Shown piece after piece: positions 1 through 9,083 of a DNA stretch of 64,000 nt (its first letter is position 1; each line of letters begins with the position of its first letter). A program made the translations under genes and the position numbers. Source of the stretch: Thermodesulfobacteriota bacterium (lineage in GTDB: Bacteria > Desulfobacterota > Desulfobulbia > Desulfobulbales > SURF-16). Below the pieces are notes generated by a model. That model was not told the DNA's origin, made no database searches, and saw only the letters and a program-made list of their open reading frames with translations. The stretch spans positions 69,422-133,421 of the forward strand of contig JBDLIE010000002.1 in assembly GCA_039715015.1 (NCBI GenBank), read 5' to 3'.

Positions 1-1
1 C

Positions 2-415
2 ACCCATTTCCCAGATGTCCTCAGTCCTGATTTCAATGGTGACCTTGAGCAACGTTTAATTCAGCTTGAAAAGGTCTGCTGTGACTTTGAAAAAGTTATT
101 CTCATCGGCTCAAGTTTTGGTGGGCTCATGGCCACATGTTTTGCCATTCTCCACCCATCGCGTGTGGTAAAGCTTATTCTTCTTGCCCCGGCATTAAATT
201 TCGAAGATTATCATCCCCCTGCAACCATGATTGCTTCCCCTACCCTTCTTGTTATGGGCGCACAAGATAGTGTCTGCCCGCCTGAGATAGTCGTGCCATT
301 AGCAGATGCAACGTTTAGCAACCTGAAGACCCAGATCTTTGCTGATGATCATCTTTTAAGAAAGGTATTTCCTGAGATGGACTGGCACAAACTGCTTGGC
401 GGCGCGGGGAACTGA
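2..415 (+). CDS. alpha/beta hydrolase (YqiA/YcfP-like), 5'-truncated by the window edge
   Basis: The frame is open from nt 2 and reads ...KVILIGSSFGGLMATCF..., a GxSxG nucleophile elbow. Later GAQDSVC and DDH give candidate catalytic Asp and His. The ORF track start at 128 is internal. Confidence 0.8.
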   Translation, partial: THFPDVLSPDFNGDLEQRLIQLEKVCCDFEKVILIGSSFGGLMATCFAILHPSRVVKLILLAPALNFEDYHPPATMIASPTLLVMGAQDSVCPPEIVVPLADATFSNLKTQIFADDHLLRKVFPEMDWHKLLGGAGN

Positions 416-433
416 AAGTAGCGAGGGAAACTC

Positions 434-1735
434 TTACTCTGATTCGCCATAGCGATACTTGATATCCTGCAGAATAAAATTCTCCAGGGTGTTATCAAAG
501 GAACCTTTCAAACAATCCACTTTTTCCATATTGCCGTCTCTGACCAAAGCCAGATAACGGCACCCCCCAAAACAAAGGGGCAGATATTGGCATGAGCGGC
601 ATTTATTCTCATATTGCCAGTTATCGGTATGATACATAGAAATTTCTTTAACACCATTCCAGATATCACCTATCTCATAGTCGGGACGGCCAATAAGAAC
701 CGGACATTTACACAATGTGCCATCATAATTAATGGTCAAACTGTCATGACGCAGCACCTTGCACGGATTAGGCTTTTCCTCAGGGTAATAGTAGCCGGCT
801 GCAAGTATTTTCTCTCTTAGCATTGACTGTGCCTGGACAAGCCACGTCTCTGTTAAAGTCTCACACCCTTGGCGATAGCTGCTCTCGGCAACATCATCCG
901 TCTGCTGCATAACCGATGCAAAACGCACCTGATGAAGATGGTCCGGGCCAAGGTCTTTCTCTGCCAGGATATCCAGTAACTCGGGAAATCGGTTATAGAT
1001 GTGTTCAGTGAAATTCCCACCAAGGGATAGGGTGATCAGATCAGCACAGGATCGAAGATTTTCCAGAATAACAGCAAAGCTTGGTTTCCCAGAGATATAG
1101 GGGCGAGAATTATTGTGAAGATCAGGTGGGCCGTCCAGGGTTATCTTGGCTCCCACAAGTCCGTATGGGATAAGGCTTTTTACTGTTTCAGAGGTCAACA
1201 GTGAGCCATTAGTGATAAGGGAAAATTCAAACTCTCTCTCTCTCTGGGCCGTCATTTCCTGAAAGCCCTGACAAAGTTGCCGTATCAACGGCACATAGAG
1301 AAGGGGTTCACCGCCATAAAAGGTGATACTGAGCTTATCCCTGTCTTCAAACTGGCCCTCAACATACTTCAGCAGTTGAGCAGCAGTGTCAGCAGACATT
1401 GAAGACTTATCAGCTTTCAAACTCCCCTCATAGCAATAGGAACAGGCAAAATTACAAGCCATCCCTAGAATGATATCGAGATATAGACCTGAGCATCTTT
1501 TATTTATCTGATCAACAAAGGAGAAAACCTCTTGCTGTTCCGCCTCCAGGTCGTCCACAACAAAACCAAGCTCCGCAAGTTGTGGAACTATTTCGCCATC
1601 AAAACTACCTGATTTGAGGGCAACGAAATCAGCATCTTCCACAACAACAAGAGCTCCATTTTTGGTGGAATATAAAACAGTGAGACCTGATGAAGTATCC
1701 AATGGGAAATTTTTCAGGTAATGGGAAAGATGCAT
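434..1735 (-). CDS. radical SAM/SPASM peptide maturase (geopeptide-maturase-like)
   Basis: Has CxxxCxxC (CNFACSYC), FYGGEPLL, ITNG and TLDG motifs. C-terminal SPASM cysteines: CKV...CKCP...CRSCQYLPLCFGGC...C. The ~70-aa N-terminal extension resembles a RiPP recognition element. It lies directly downstream of a short peptide gene. Confidence 0.9.
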   Translation of the reverse strand: MHLSHYLKNFPLDTSSGLTVLYSTKNGALVVVEDADFVALKSGSFDGEIVPQLAELGFVVDDLEAEQQEVFSFVDQINKRCSGLYLDIILGMACNFACSYCYEGSLKADKSSMSADTAAQLLKYVEGQFEDRDKLSITFYGGEPLLYVPLIRQLCQGFQEMTAQREREFEFSLITNGSLLTSETVKSLIPYGLVGAKITLDGPPDLHNNSRPYISGKPSFAVILENLRSCADLITLSLGGNFTEHIYNRFPELLDILAEKDLGPDHLHQVRFASVMQQTDDVAESSYRQGCETLTETWLVQAQSMLREKILAAGYYYPEEKPNPCKVLRHDSLTINYDGTLCKCPVLIGRPDYEIGDIWNGVKEISMYHTDNWQYENKCRSCQYLPLCFGGCRYLALVRDGNMEKVDCLKGSFDNTLENFILQDIKYRYGESE

Positions 1736-1775
1736 AAAGCGAAGAAGGTATCAGTAAAAACATGGTCATCAAACA

Positions 1776-1807
1776 AAACGAGGAGACCTTAAAAGGTCTC
1801 CTCGTTT
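1776..1807 (-). terminator. perfect 15-bp stem-loop between precursor peptide and maturase (terminator/attenuator or mRNA-stabilising hairpin)
   Basis: AAACGAGGAGACCTT-AA-AAGGTCTCCTCGTTT, with a T-rich tail on the minus strand. Confidence 0.8.
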
Positions 1808-1835
1808 CACATAAACTTTTCTAGGATTTCCTGGA

Positions 1836-1931
1836 TCAACCGCTTGGAGCACCGGGAGGGCAGAAAGCTTTAGATTTTGCAATAACCTCTGCCGTTGTTC
1901 CTTGATTTAAAACTATGACCTTCTTTTTCAT
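1836..1931 (-). CDS. putative RiPP precursor peptide, 31 aa (MKKKVIVLNQGTTAEVIAKSKAFCPPGAPSG)
   Basis: Translated by hand from the reverse complement: ATG at 1931, GGAGG RBS 8 nt upstream, TGA at 1836-1838. It is co-oriented with and immediately upstream of the rSAM/SPASM gene and is followed by a strong hairpin. It is below the ORF track size cut-off. Confidence 0.85.
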   Translation of the reverse strand: MKKKVIVLNQGTTAEVIAKSKAFCPPGAPSG

Positions 1932-2016
1932 TCTATCAACCTCCGCGCTAAATTACCTAATCAATGAGTGGATCATTTTCAAATAAACCTATCACACCGT
2001 TACCTAAAAAACAAAT

Positions 2017-3990
2017 TTAAAAATTTAACTTTAAACCCACCTCAGCATGTCTAGGAGAATTCTCAAAACGTTCTTGTACGTACTGGCTTGAATTAAATAG
2101 ATTTCGTACTACACCAAAAAGGGCTGCCCGGAATTTTTCTGTACTAAAAATTTCTTTATTCAAGCTGATATCCCAGAGAAAATTGTTCGTTTCCAGTGGT
2201 TCAGGAAGCTCGGTGAGAAGTTCGCCCCACTTCACATAATGTCCGGAAATCTCTGCCGTGAGAATGTCAGGATGATCATAAATGAAAATAATATTTGCCG
2301 TACTTGAATGATCAGCTTGATCCTCTGGCCAGTCAGTATAAGTATAGGTAAAATTAGCCTGGAGGGAAAGGTGATAAAAAGCCTCAGTGCGCACTTCAAA
2401 TTCAAATCCCTGACGTTGGCTACGATCACCATTCATCTTCCAAATGCTGTAATCAGGGGCAGTTACCCAGGTATTCTCGACGTCATGATGAAACAAGGTT
2501 GTTTTGACGTGAAGATAGGGAATGTCCTTACTCTCTAAACCAATTTGGTAGGTCCAATTTTTTTCTGCGTCCAAATCAGGATTAACCACGGTAGGGCTGT
2601 ATAAGGCATCACCCTCAAGATACCAGACCGGTGGTTTGCGAAAGCCTCGGGAAACGGACGCCCTCAGCAAACTAGCATCACTAAGCTGGTATGTAACACC
2701 GAGTGAAGGGCTTATTAACTCATCGGAGACTGTGGAAATATGATCAAGGCGAACGCCTGGAGTAATTGTCCAATCATCAAATACAAAGGTTCCGTTTAGA
2801 TAGTAGCCTGACACATCCTCAGCGAGGAGATCCATTTCGTAATAATCACCCATGGGGGCAAGGTGTGGATAAAAGAAATCCCAGATGCTGCTATCTCTAT
2901 ACTTCCAAGTCATCTGAACCTCATTACGTTGATAGTCAATACCGGCTACCAAGGCATGTTTTCCCAAAAGATAGTCGAATCGAAGAGCACCACCTGTACT
3001 CTCTTGATCATTAAAAAAATCCTCAATTAGAGTGATGGGTCGATGGGTGGTTTTTTGAAAAGCCCTATAGTCATTATCAAAACGAAAGATCTCAGCATGA
3101 AAATTAAGTCCTTCGGCAATGAGGGCGTCAAAACGAGCACTCATAAATGTATTTTTATCATGAAGTTCCTGGCTATAACCCATGGGCGGGTTAACTGAGT
3201 AAGCCGTAAGCCACTTAACGTGCAAAAATTCCGGTTGTGAATAAAACCCTGAAACATCAAGGGTCATATCGGAGGCGAAGTCAAAATGAAACTTGCCGTA
3301 ACCAGTTGTATTCTTGAAAAATCTATCCTCAAGGAGGCCGTCAGACTCCTGGTTTCCAGCATAGACATAATAACTTAGAGAAGAAACCTTTCCGGCCACT
3401 TCGGCAGTGATATCGTGGGTGTCTTTTTCTCCAAAGGAGGTCACCAAGTCAACCTGCGGAGTTTTTGACTTCCCTGGATCCTTAGTAATAATATTAATAA
3501 CTCCACCCAAAGCTGATCCCCAAGTGGATGAGGCAGCGCCCTTAATCACTTCAATTCTTTTGATAATCCGGACGGGAACCATATTTACCCAGGCGACTTC
3601 TACAGAACTCTTATTCACCCTTACTCCGTCAAGAAGAACCGTCACATGTTCCCAGTCAGATCCCTGAATATAGATATAAGATGCTGTGTTGAAATCAAGC
3701 CCTCCGTAATCCACATAGACCCCGGCCACCCGGTTAAGAACATCGTCAACATTATGGGCGTTCATCCGCTCGATTTCTTCTGCGGTAATGATGGTGACAT
3801 TCTCTGCCACCTGATTGATAGGTTTCCTGATGCGAGTGGCAGCTTCAACAACTTGCGACTCGTCAAAATAAAGATCGAGAAACTCGTCATCACCAGCCAT
3901 CTCCGCTGCTTCCCCGGCAAGGACGGAATTTGGCACAATGAATAAACACGGTACTATTAAGATGAGCCCCAAAAACAAAAACTTGTGCAT
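2017..3990 (-). CDS. TonB-dependent outer-membrane receptor
   Basis: Signal peptide, plug-domain motifs (VTIITAEEIER, VLLDG, RIEVIKGAASSTWG...LGGVINIITK), NPDLDAE and a C-terminal Phe. ATG at 3990 has a GGGGG RBS and is preferred over TTG at 4005. Confidence 0.92.
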   Translation of the reverse strand: MHKFLFLGLILIVPCLFIVPNSVLAGEAAEMAGDDEFLDLYFDESQVVEAATRIRKPINQVAENVTIITAEEIERMNAHNVDDVLNRVAGVYVDYGGLDFNTASYIYIQGSDWEHVTVLLDGVRVNKSSVEVAWVNMVPVRIIKRIEVIKGAASSTWGSALGGVINIITKDPGKSKTPQVDLVTSFGEKDTHDITAEVAGKVSSLSYYVYAGNQESDGLLEDRFFKNTTGYGKFHFDFASDMTLDVSGFYSQPEFLHVKWLTAYSVNPPMGYSQELHDKNTFMSARFDALIAEGLNFHAEIFRFDNDYRAFQKTTHRPITLIEDFFNDQESTGGALRFDYLLGKHALVAGIDYQRNEVQMTWKYRDSSIWDFFYPHLAPMGDYYEMDLLAEDVSGYYLNGTFVFDDWTITPGVRLDHISTVSDELISPSLGVTYQLSDASLLRASVSRGFRKPPVWYLEGDALYSPTVVNPDLDAEKNWTYQIGLESKDIPYLHVKTTLFHHDVENTWVTAPDYSIWKMNGDRSQRQGFEFEVRTEAFYHLSLQANFTYTYTDWPEDQADHSSTANIIFIYDHPDILTAEISGHYVKWGELLTELPEPLETNNFLWDISLNKEIFSTEKFRAALFGVVRNLFNSSQYVQERFENSPRHAEVGLKLNF

Positions 3991-4404
3991 TACATCCCCC
4001 GACAATGCTTTAAAAAAAAATAGCCGCTCTCCTAAAAAAGGAAATTATGGCTCAAAAAACATTTAATTTTTTTAAAAATGTTGCCCTGCAAAAAGGACTT
4101 CCGAAAAACTTTTTCCAAAATATTATATAAAACTTTAGAATCTTTTACCAATTCATTATTGAAACATCTAGTTTTGGACAATCACTCTCTTTTGCAGTTA
4201 GGACACATATTTCATCTCTCAGATTTAAATGAATGAAAGCAACCATTCTTCCTGACAACAAATTGCAATTATTAATGTAAATATTCTTTGAATATACTAA
4301 GGTTAAAAGTATTGGTTTTCCTCTGATTATCAGGAAATCCTCTGAAAAGATTAATTTTTCGTATATTTTTTTGCGGCATCTCTTTTTTAAAACAAGCAAA
4401 CTAC

Positions 4405-5313
4405 ATGCTTAAACACTTCGTCCTGTCTATTTTCCTTATATTCTCGACGGCCTCCTATTCCTATGGCTTCGAGGTGGTTGCTGTGAAGTCCAGCACAGCC
4501 GAACCCTATAGCCTCGCTTTTGAATCCTTCAGCCGCACTTTCACCAGTGCCGTACCTACCCGTGGGCCTAAATCGATAACACAGAACGCGATAATTACCC
4601 GCACCATTAATCAGGATGACACCCCTGACAGACTTGTGCGTCAAATCCGCAAAGAGAATCCTGACCTTCTAATTGCCTTTGGTTCAAAAGCATTACGATT
4701 TACTGCTTCCATCAAAGACATCCCTATTATTTACCTGCTGGTTCCGTCCCCAGACAAAATCATTAGAGATAGGAGCAATGTCACAGGTGTTCTTCTTCAA
4801 CCTGTGGCTGGCCTCGAATTTCGGGCCCTTCGCAAGATAGCCCCCGCTTTAAAAAGAATCGGCGTAGTCTACAACCCTGCCAAAAGCAAGGATCTCGTCA
4901 GGGAGACGATCAGCAACAATAAAGATCTCCATTACATGCTGCGTCCGGTTCAACAGCCTCAAGAGGTGGCCAAACAACTTGACACTCTAGCCTCGGAGGT
5001 CGATCTGGTTTGGATGCCACCCGACAGTACTGTTCTCACGCCTCACACTGAGCAGAGTTTTTACCTTTTTTCTCTGCAAAACGAGGTTCCTCTCCTTGCT
5101 TTTTCAGAGAAATATCTCAAAAAAGGGGCCAGTTTTGCTGTAAGTCTCGACCTCTCCAGCATGGGAGATATGGCGGCAGACCTTGCCCTGCTCATAAAAA
5201 ATGGCGCCAAGGCCGTCAACATCCCACCCATCCGGCCCCAACAGGTAAAACTTAAACAAAACAGCATTATCCTCAACAAGCTTGGTTTCCATATCCAGGA
5301 GGTCGGCCAATGA
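4405..5313 (+). CDS. periplasmic ABC-type substrate-binding-like protein (orphan, no permease or ATPase nearby)
   Basis: Signal peptide and ABC_sub_bind-like motifs (NVTGV, KRIGVVYNP, WMPPDSTV, GA..AVSLD...MG..AA). Overlaps the kinase start (ATGA). Confidence 0.8.
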   Translation: MLKHFVLSIFLIFSTASYSYGFEVVAVKSSTAEPYSLAFESFSRTFTSAVPTRGPKSITQNAIITRTINQDDTPDRLVRQIRKENPDLLIAFGSKALRFTASIKDIPIIYLLVPSPDKIIRDRSNVTGVLLQPVAGLEFRALRKIAPALKRIGVVYNPAKSKDLVRETISNNKDLHYMLRPVQQPQEVAKQLDTLASEVDLVWMPPDSTVLTPHTEQSFYLFSLQNEVPLLAFSEKYLKKGASFAVSLDLSSMGDMAADLALLIKNGAKAVNIPPIRPQQVKLKQNSIILNKLGFHIQEVGQ

Positions 5314-7073
5314 TCTTTGCAAAATTTATCAAACAGGTTCAGGCAAGCTATTCAGCCAAACTCATTTTGATTTTTATTGCCTCTATATGCCTGATGGGTA
5401 CCATTCTTAACTTCACCTTTATCCGTATGCAGCAAGACTCCTACGCGACATACACACGCAACAGTGGTCTTTCCATGTCTCGACTGCTGGCCAAGTCTGT
5501 CCAGATCGACGTTTTCACCGAAAACAAAGAACAGTTAGCCATCCCTATGGACGCCCTTTTAAGCCAGGAAAATATTCTTAAGGTTGAAATATTTACCGAC
5601 AAAGGTGAGTTGCTGGTTTCTCGAGCTTCAAGTGAGAGCTGTGAGATTCCTGACTTAAAAAAAACACTGGGCGATTTGCCGCAAAGCAAATCGTCCTTTA
5701 ATGAGTGGCCCAATTGTTTTTCCTTCATATGGCCTGTTCTGACACTCCCTCAATATAAAAGCGAAGACTCCCTCTACTTTGATGAAGCCAGCGAACTCAC
5801 TCCTGTGGACAATCATCCCCTGGGATACGTTTCCATCATCATGTCGAAACGTCAGTATCAGCAGGACATTCAGCAAATTTTTCTTAAAACCGGCCTCACT
5901 ATTCTTTTCATTTTAGTACTCTTGGTCACCGGCATTCTTCTGCTTTTCAGAAAAATGACTCTGCCGTTAAAGAATCTGATAGGGAAGATACAAAGAGAAC
6001 GAAACATTGGCGAGGTACATGATGACATTGGCCTTCTTGACACCACAGTTACCAGCCTAGTTGACGAACTTGACCGTTCTTTTCAAACCATTAACGATCT
6101 AACCACAGGCCTGGAGGACAAGGTAACAGAACGCACCAAACAGCTTGCCATGGCCAATACTGAATTGACCAACCGTCAGGAGTATCTTGAAGAGTCAAAC
6201 CTAAAACTTGAAAAGGCGATGAAGGAGCTTAAGGAAACAGAAGGCCAACTGATCCAGTCTGAAAAAATGGCGGCATTAGGTCAAGTTGTGGCAGGCGTTG
6301 CCCATGAGATCAACAACAATATCAACTTTATATCCGGGGCACTACCATCGCTGACCCGCGCCCTAAGTGACATTCAAAAACTGACAAAAAAATTTGACGA
6401 GGCCTTTGTCCAGGCGTCCGGGGATGATGCTGAAAAAAAACAGCAGGAAGCAATCGCCCTAAAAAAAGAGCTTGAAGAGGATAATCTCTTCAACTCTCTG
6501 GATCAACTCATGGCAAACATTCGTGAAGGCGTCAACCGGACAACGAGCATCGTTTCTGAACTGCGTACTTTTTCTCGCTCTGACGAGCAGGGCTTCAAAA
6601 AGGTCGATCTCCACGATTCCATTAATTCAACCATCACCTTTCTGAACAAGAAATATCTTACAGATGTTGATATCCACAAAGATTATGGCACTATTCCGCC
6701 GGTAAGTTGCCGACCGGGCCGGATAAATCAGGTTTTTCTCAACATTATGAATAACGCCATACAGGCCATGGGGAAAAAGGGAGGCATCCTGACAATTAGC
6801 ACTTTTCTTAATGGCGACGACGTACATATCCGTTTTACCGACACAGGGGCCGGAATAAACCAAGATACCCTTCCTAAAATTTTCGACCCCTTTTTTACGA
6901 ATAAAGACACAGGTGAAGGATCAGGCATTGGCCTTGCTGTGAGTTACAAAATTATCCAAGAGCACCAAGGCCGGATCGACGTGCAGAGTAAAGAGGATAA
7001 AGGCAGCACCTTTGAAATCGTTCTACCGATGGAACACGTCGATGAGACGATCTCTGAGTCTAAGAACAGTTAA
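5310..7073 (+). CDS. membrane-bound sensor histidine kinase
   Basis: Two TM segments flank a periplasmic domain. H-box QSEKMAALGQVVAGVAHEINN, N box NAIQA, DTGAGI, FDPFFT, GSGIGL. Confidence 0.95.
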   Translation: MIFAKFIKQVQASYSAKLILIFIASICLMGTILNFTFIRMQQDSYATYTRNSGLSMSRLLAKSVQIDVFTENKEQLAIPMDALLSQENILKVEIFTDKGELLVSRASSESCEIPDLKKTLGDLPQSKSSFNEWPNCFSFIWPVLTLPQYKSEDSLYFDEASELTPVDNHPLGYVSIIMSKRQYQQDIQQIFLKTGLTILFILVLLVTGILLLFRKMTLPLKNLIGKIQRERNIGEVHDDIGLLDTTVTSLVDELDRSFQTINDLTTGLEDKVTERTKQLAMANTELTNRQEYLEESNLKLEKAMKELKETEGQLIQSEKMAALGQVVAGVAHEINNNINFISGALPSLTRALSDIQKLTKKFDEAFVQASGDDAEKKQQEAIALKKELEEDNLFNSLDQLMANIREGVNRTTSIVSELRTFSRSDEQGFKKVDLHDSINSTITFLNKKYLTDVDIHKDYGTIPPVSCRPGRINQVFLNIMNNAIQAMGKKGGILTISTFLNGDDVHIRFTDTGAGINQDTLPKIFDPFFTNKDTGEGSGIGLAVSYKIIQEHQGRIDVQSKEDKGSTFEIVLPMEHVDETISESKNS

Positions 7074-7138
7074 AAAATATTTTTTTACTTTAATGAGAGG
7101 TGAAGCACACCTCATTAAACATGTTGCGGGGTAAACTT

Positions 7139-8974
7139 ATGGATAAGCTGAAACTCCTTTATGTAGATGATGAAGAGGTGAATCTTTCCAATTTCAAAAT
7201 GGCCATGAAACGCCATTTTTCGATTATCACAGCACTATCTGCCAAAGAGGCGCTCGACAGCTTTGCCGAACATGACGACATTGCTCTTGTGGTTGCCGAC
7301 CAGAGAATGCCCGGAAAGACCGGTACCGAGCTCCTGGGAGAAATTCGTGAGCTCAATTCTGATACGGTTCGCATTATGCTCACAGCCTATAGCGATCCTG
7401 CAGATATCATGGAGGCCATTAACACCGGTGAGGTATACCATTATCTAACAAAACCATGGAAGGAAGAGATCCTTCTCGACATCCTCAGCAAGGGCTCTGA
7501 AAAATATCGCCTGACCAAGGAAAACAAATCATTAGTTGAGCAACTGACTGTAAAGAATGAAGAACTTAAGCAAGAGTTGCAAACCAGTCGTCTCTTAAAA
7601 GACTCTCTTGTCAGACGTGATCTCATCCTGGCAGCTGTAAATGAGACGTCGCAAAAAATCATCAGCAGCTCCTATTGGCGCAAATTCACAGAACCTCTTA
7701 TTGGGCGCCTAGGGCTTGTTATGGCGGTTTCCCGCGTTCACATATACAGCTTCCAAAAAGATTCTTTTGAGAAGCTTACTGCCAATCAGGAATTTGAATG
7801 GAGCTCTGAGACAGCAGGCGCAGATAATGTTCCGCCTGTGCCCGAAATTTTCTCCTTCCCTGATGCTCAATTGGATCGCTGGCTCTCTCTACTCCAAAAA
7901 GGCGAATCTGTGGTGGACAACACTACGGACCTTCCCTCGCCTGAGACCTCCTTGCTCAATTCTCTAGGAATTATTTCAATAGTCTGCACGCCCATTATGG
8001 TGGAGGACTCTTGCTGGGGCTTTCTCAGTCTTGAAGACTGCAGCACAGAACGGACCTGGCCGGAGCTTGAGGTTGCAGCTATAAAAAGCGCTGCAAGCCT
8101 CATTGGCGAAGCGGTTCACCGGCAAGAAATGAACATCGAACTTTCCGCCAAACAGGACCAGCTGGCCCATGCTGGAAGACTCACCGCCATTGGCGAAATG
8201 GCAAAGGGTATGGCCCATGAAATCAACCTTCCAATGAGCCTAATCAGTCTTGGGGCAGACGAGCTGCATCAATATCTAACCAAGAACATACCAGAATCCC
8301 CCTATATAAAAACAACCAAAGACATAAGCGGCCAGGTTTCAAAGGTGATGCGCATAATCGAACATATGCGTGTATTCTCAACACTGTCCAAAGAAAACAT
8401 CACTGACATCAACCTTTTCTGGACAGTGAACAGCGCTCTCACCTTTTTCCGTGAGCAGTTCAGGGTTTCTCTCATCAAACTACACGAGGAAACCACTGAG
8501 GCTGTATCGTATATCTCAACTGACAACCAGAAGGTTGAGCAGATACTGGTCAACCTTCTGGCCAATGCCCGTTATGCGGTGATAAAAAAATCTGAAGAAA
8601 TTAAAAATTTCCCCATGGAGGTATGGGTCAGACTCTATCAACAAGAACTCACTGATGACATTCTAGAAAAAATTTCTGCTCAAGACAGAAAGGACGATCT
8701 CACAGCCGTTCTTGTTTTAGAAGTGGAAGATAATGGTATCGGTATGTCTGAAGAAACCATAAAACATTGCACAGAACCTTTTTTCTCCTCTAAAACTGTG
8801 GGTGAAGGTACTGGCCTGGGCCTCTCTGTCTCCAATTCCTTAATCAAGGAGCTCGGATTTCATCTTGAGATAGAATCTGCCTTGGGTGAGGGTTCTCTTT
8901 TCCGGCTCACAATCCCAGCCTACGAAGAATACCCAATGCTTCTCGACAACAACCAGGTTCAGTTTAAGGGATAA
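7139..8974 (+). CDS. cytoplasmic hybrid REC-GAF-histidine kinase
   Basis: N-terminal receiver (YVDDE...ADQRMP...MLT...TKPW), GAF-like middle (SIVCTPI...WGFLSLEDC...RTW), H-box AHEIN, and HATPase (DNGIG, GTGLGL). Confidence 0.92.
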   Translation: MDKLKLLYVDDEEVNLSNFKMAMKRHFSIITALSAKEALDSFAEHDDIALVVADQRMPGKTGTELLGEIRELNSDTVRIMLTAYSDPADIMEAINTGEVYHYLTKPWKEEILLDILSKGSEKYRLTKENKSLVEQLTVKNEELKQELQTSRLLKDSLVRRDLILAAVNETSQKIISSSYWRKFTEPLIGRLGLVMAVSRVHIYSFQKDSFEKLTANQEFEWSSETAGADNVPPVPEIFSFPDAQLDRWLSLLQKGESVVDNTTDLPSPETSLLNSLGIISIVCTPIMVEDSCWGFLSLEDCSTERTWPELEVAAIKSAASLIGEAVHRQEMNIELSAKQDQLAHAGRLTAIGEMAKGMAHEINLPMSLISLGADELHQYLTKNIPESPYIKTTKDISGQVSKVMRIIEHMRVFSTLSKENITDINLFWTVNSALTFFREQFRVSLIKLHEETTEAVSYISTDNQKVEQILVNLLANARYAVIKKSEEIKNFPMEVWVRLYQQELTDDILEKISAQDRKDDLTAVLVLEVEDNGIGMSEETIKHCTEPFFSSKTVGEGTGLGLSVSNSLIKELGFHLEIESALGEGSLFRLTIPAYEEYPMLLDNNQVQFKG

Positions 8975-9083
8975 AGCTTGGAAAAAATAGCCGGCAAGAG
9001 AAAAAAAACCTCGCGCTCTCTAACAAACTCTATTAGCATCTTATCATAGGTGCACACTACTCAACTGTAAGGAGCCGCCGCCC

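Noticed and set aside
4145..4399. 84-aa ORF in the divergent promoter region of the peptide locus, considered as a second precursor
   Set aside because: Non-ATG start, no clear RBS, AT-rich promoter-like sequence, and no similarity to the 31-aa peptide leader.
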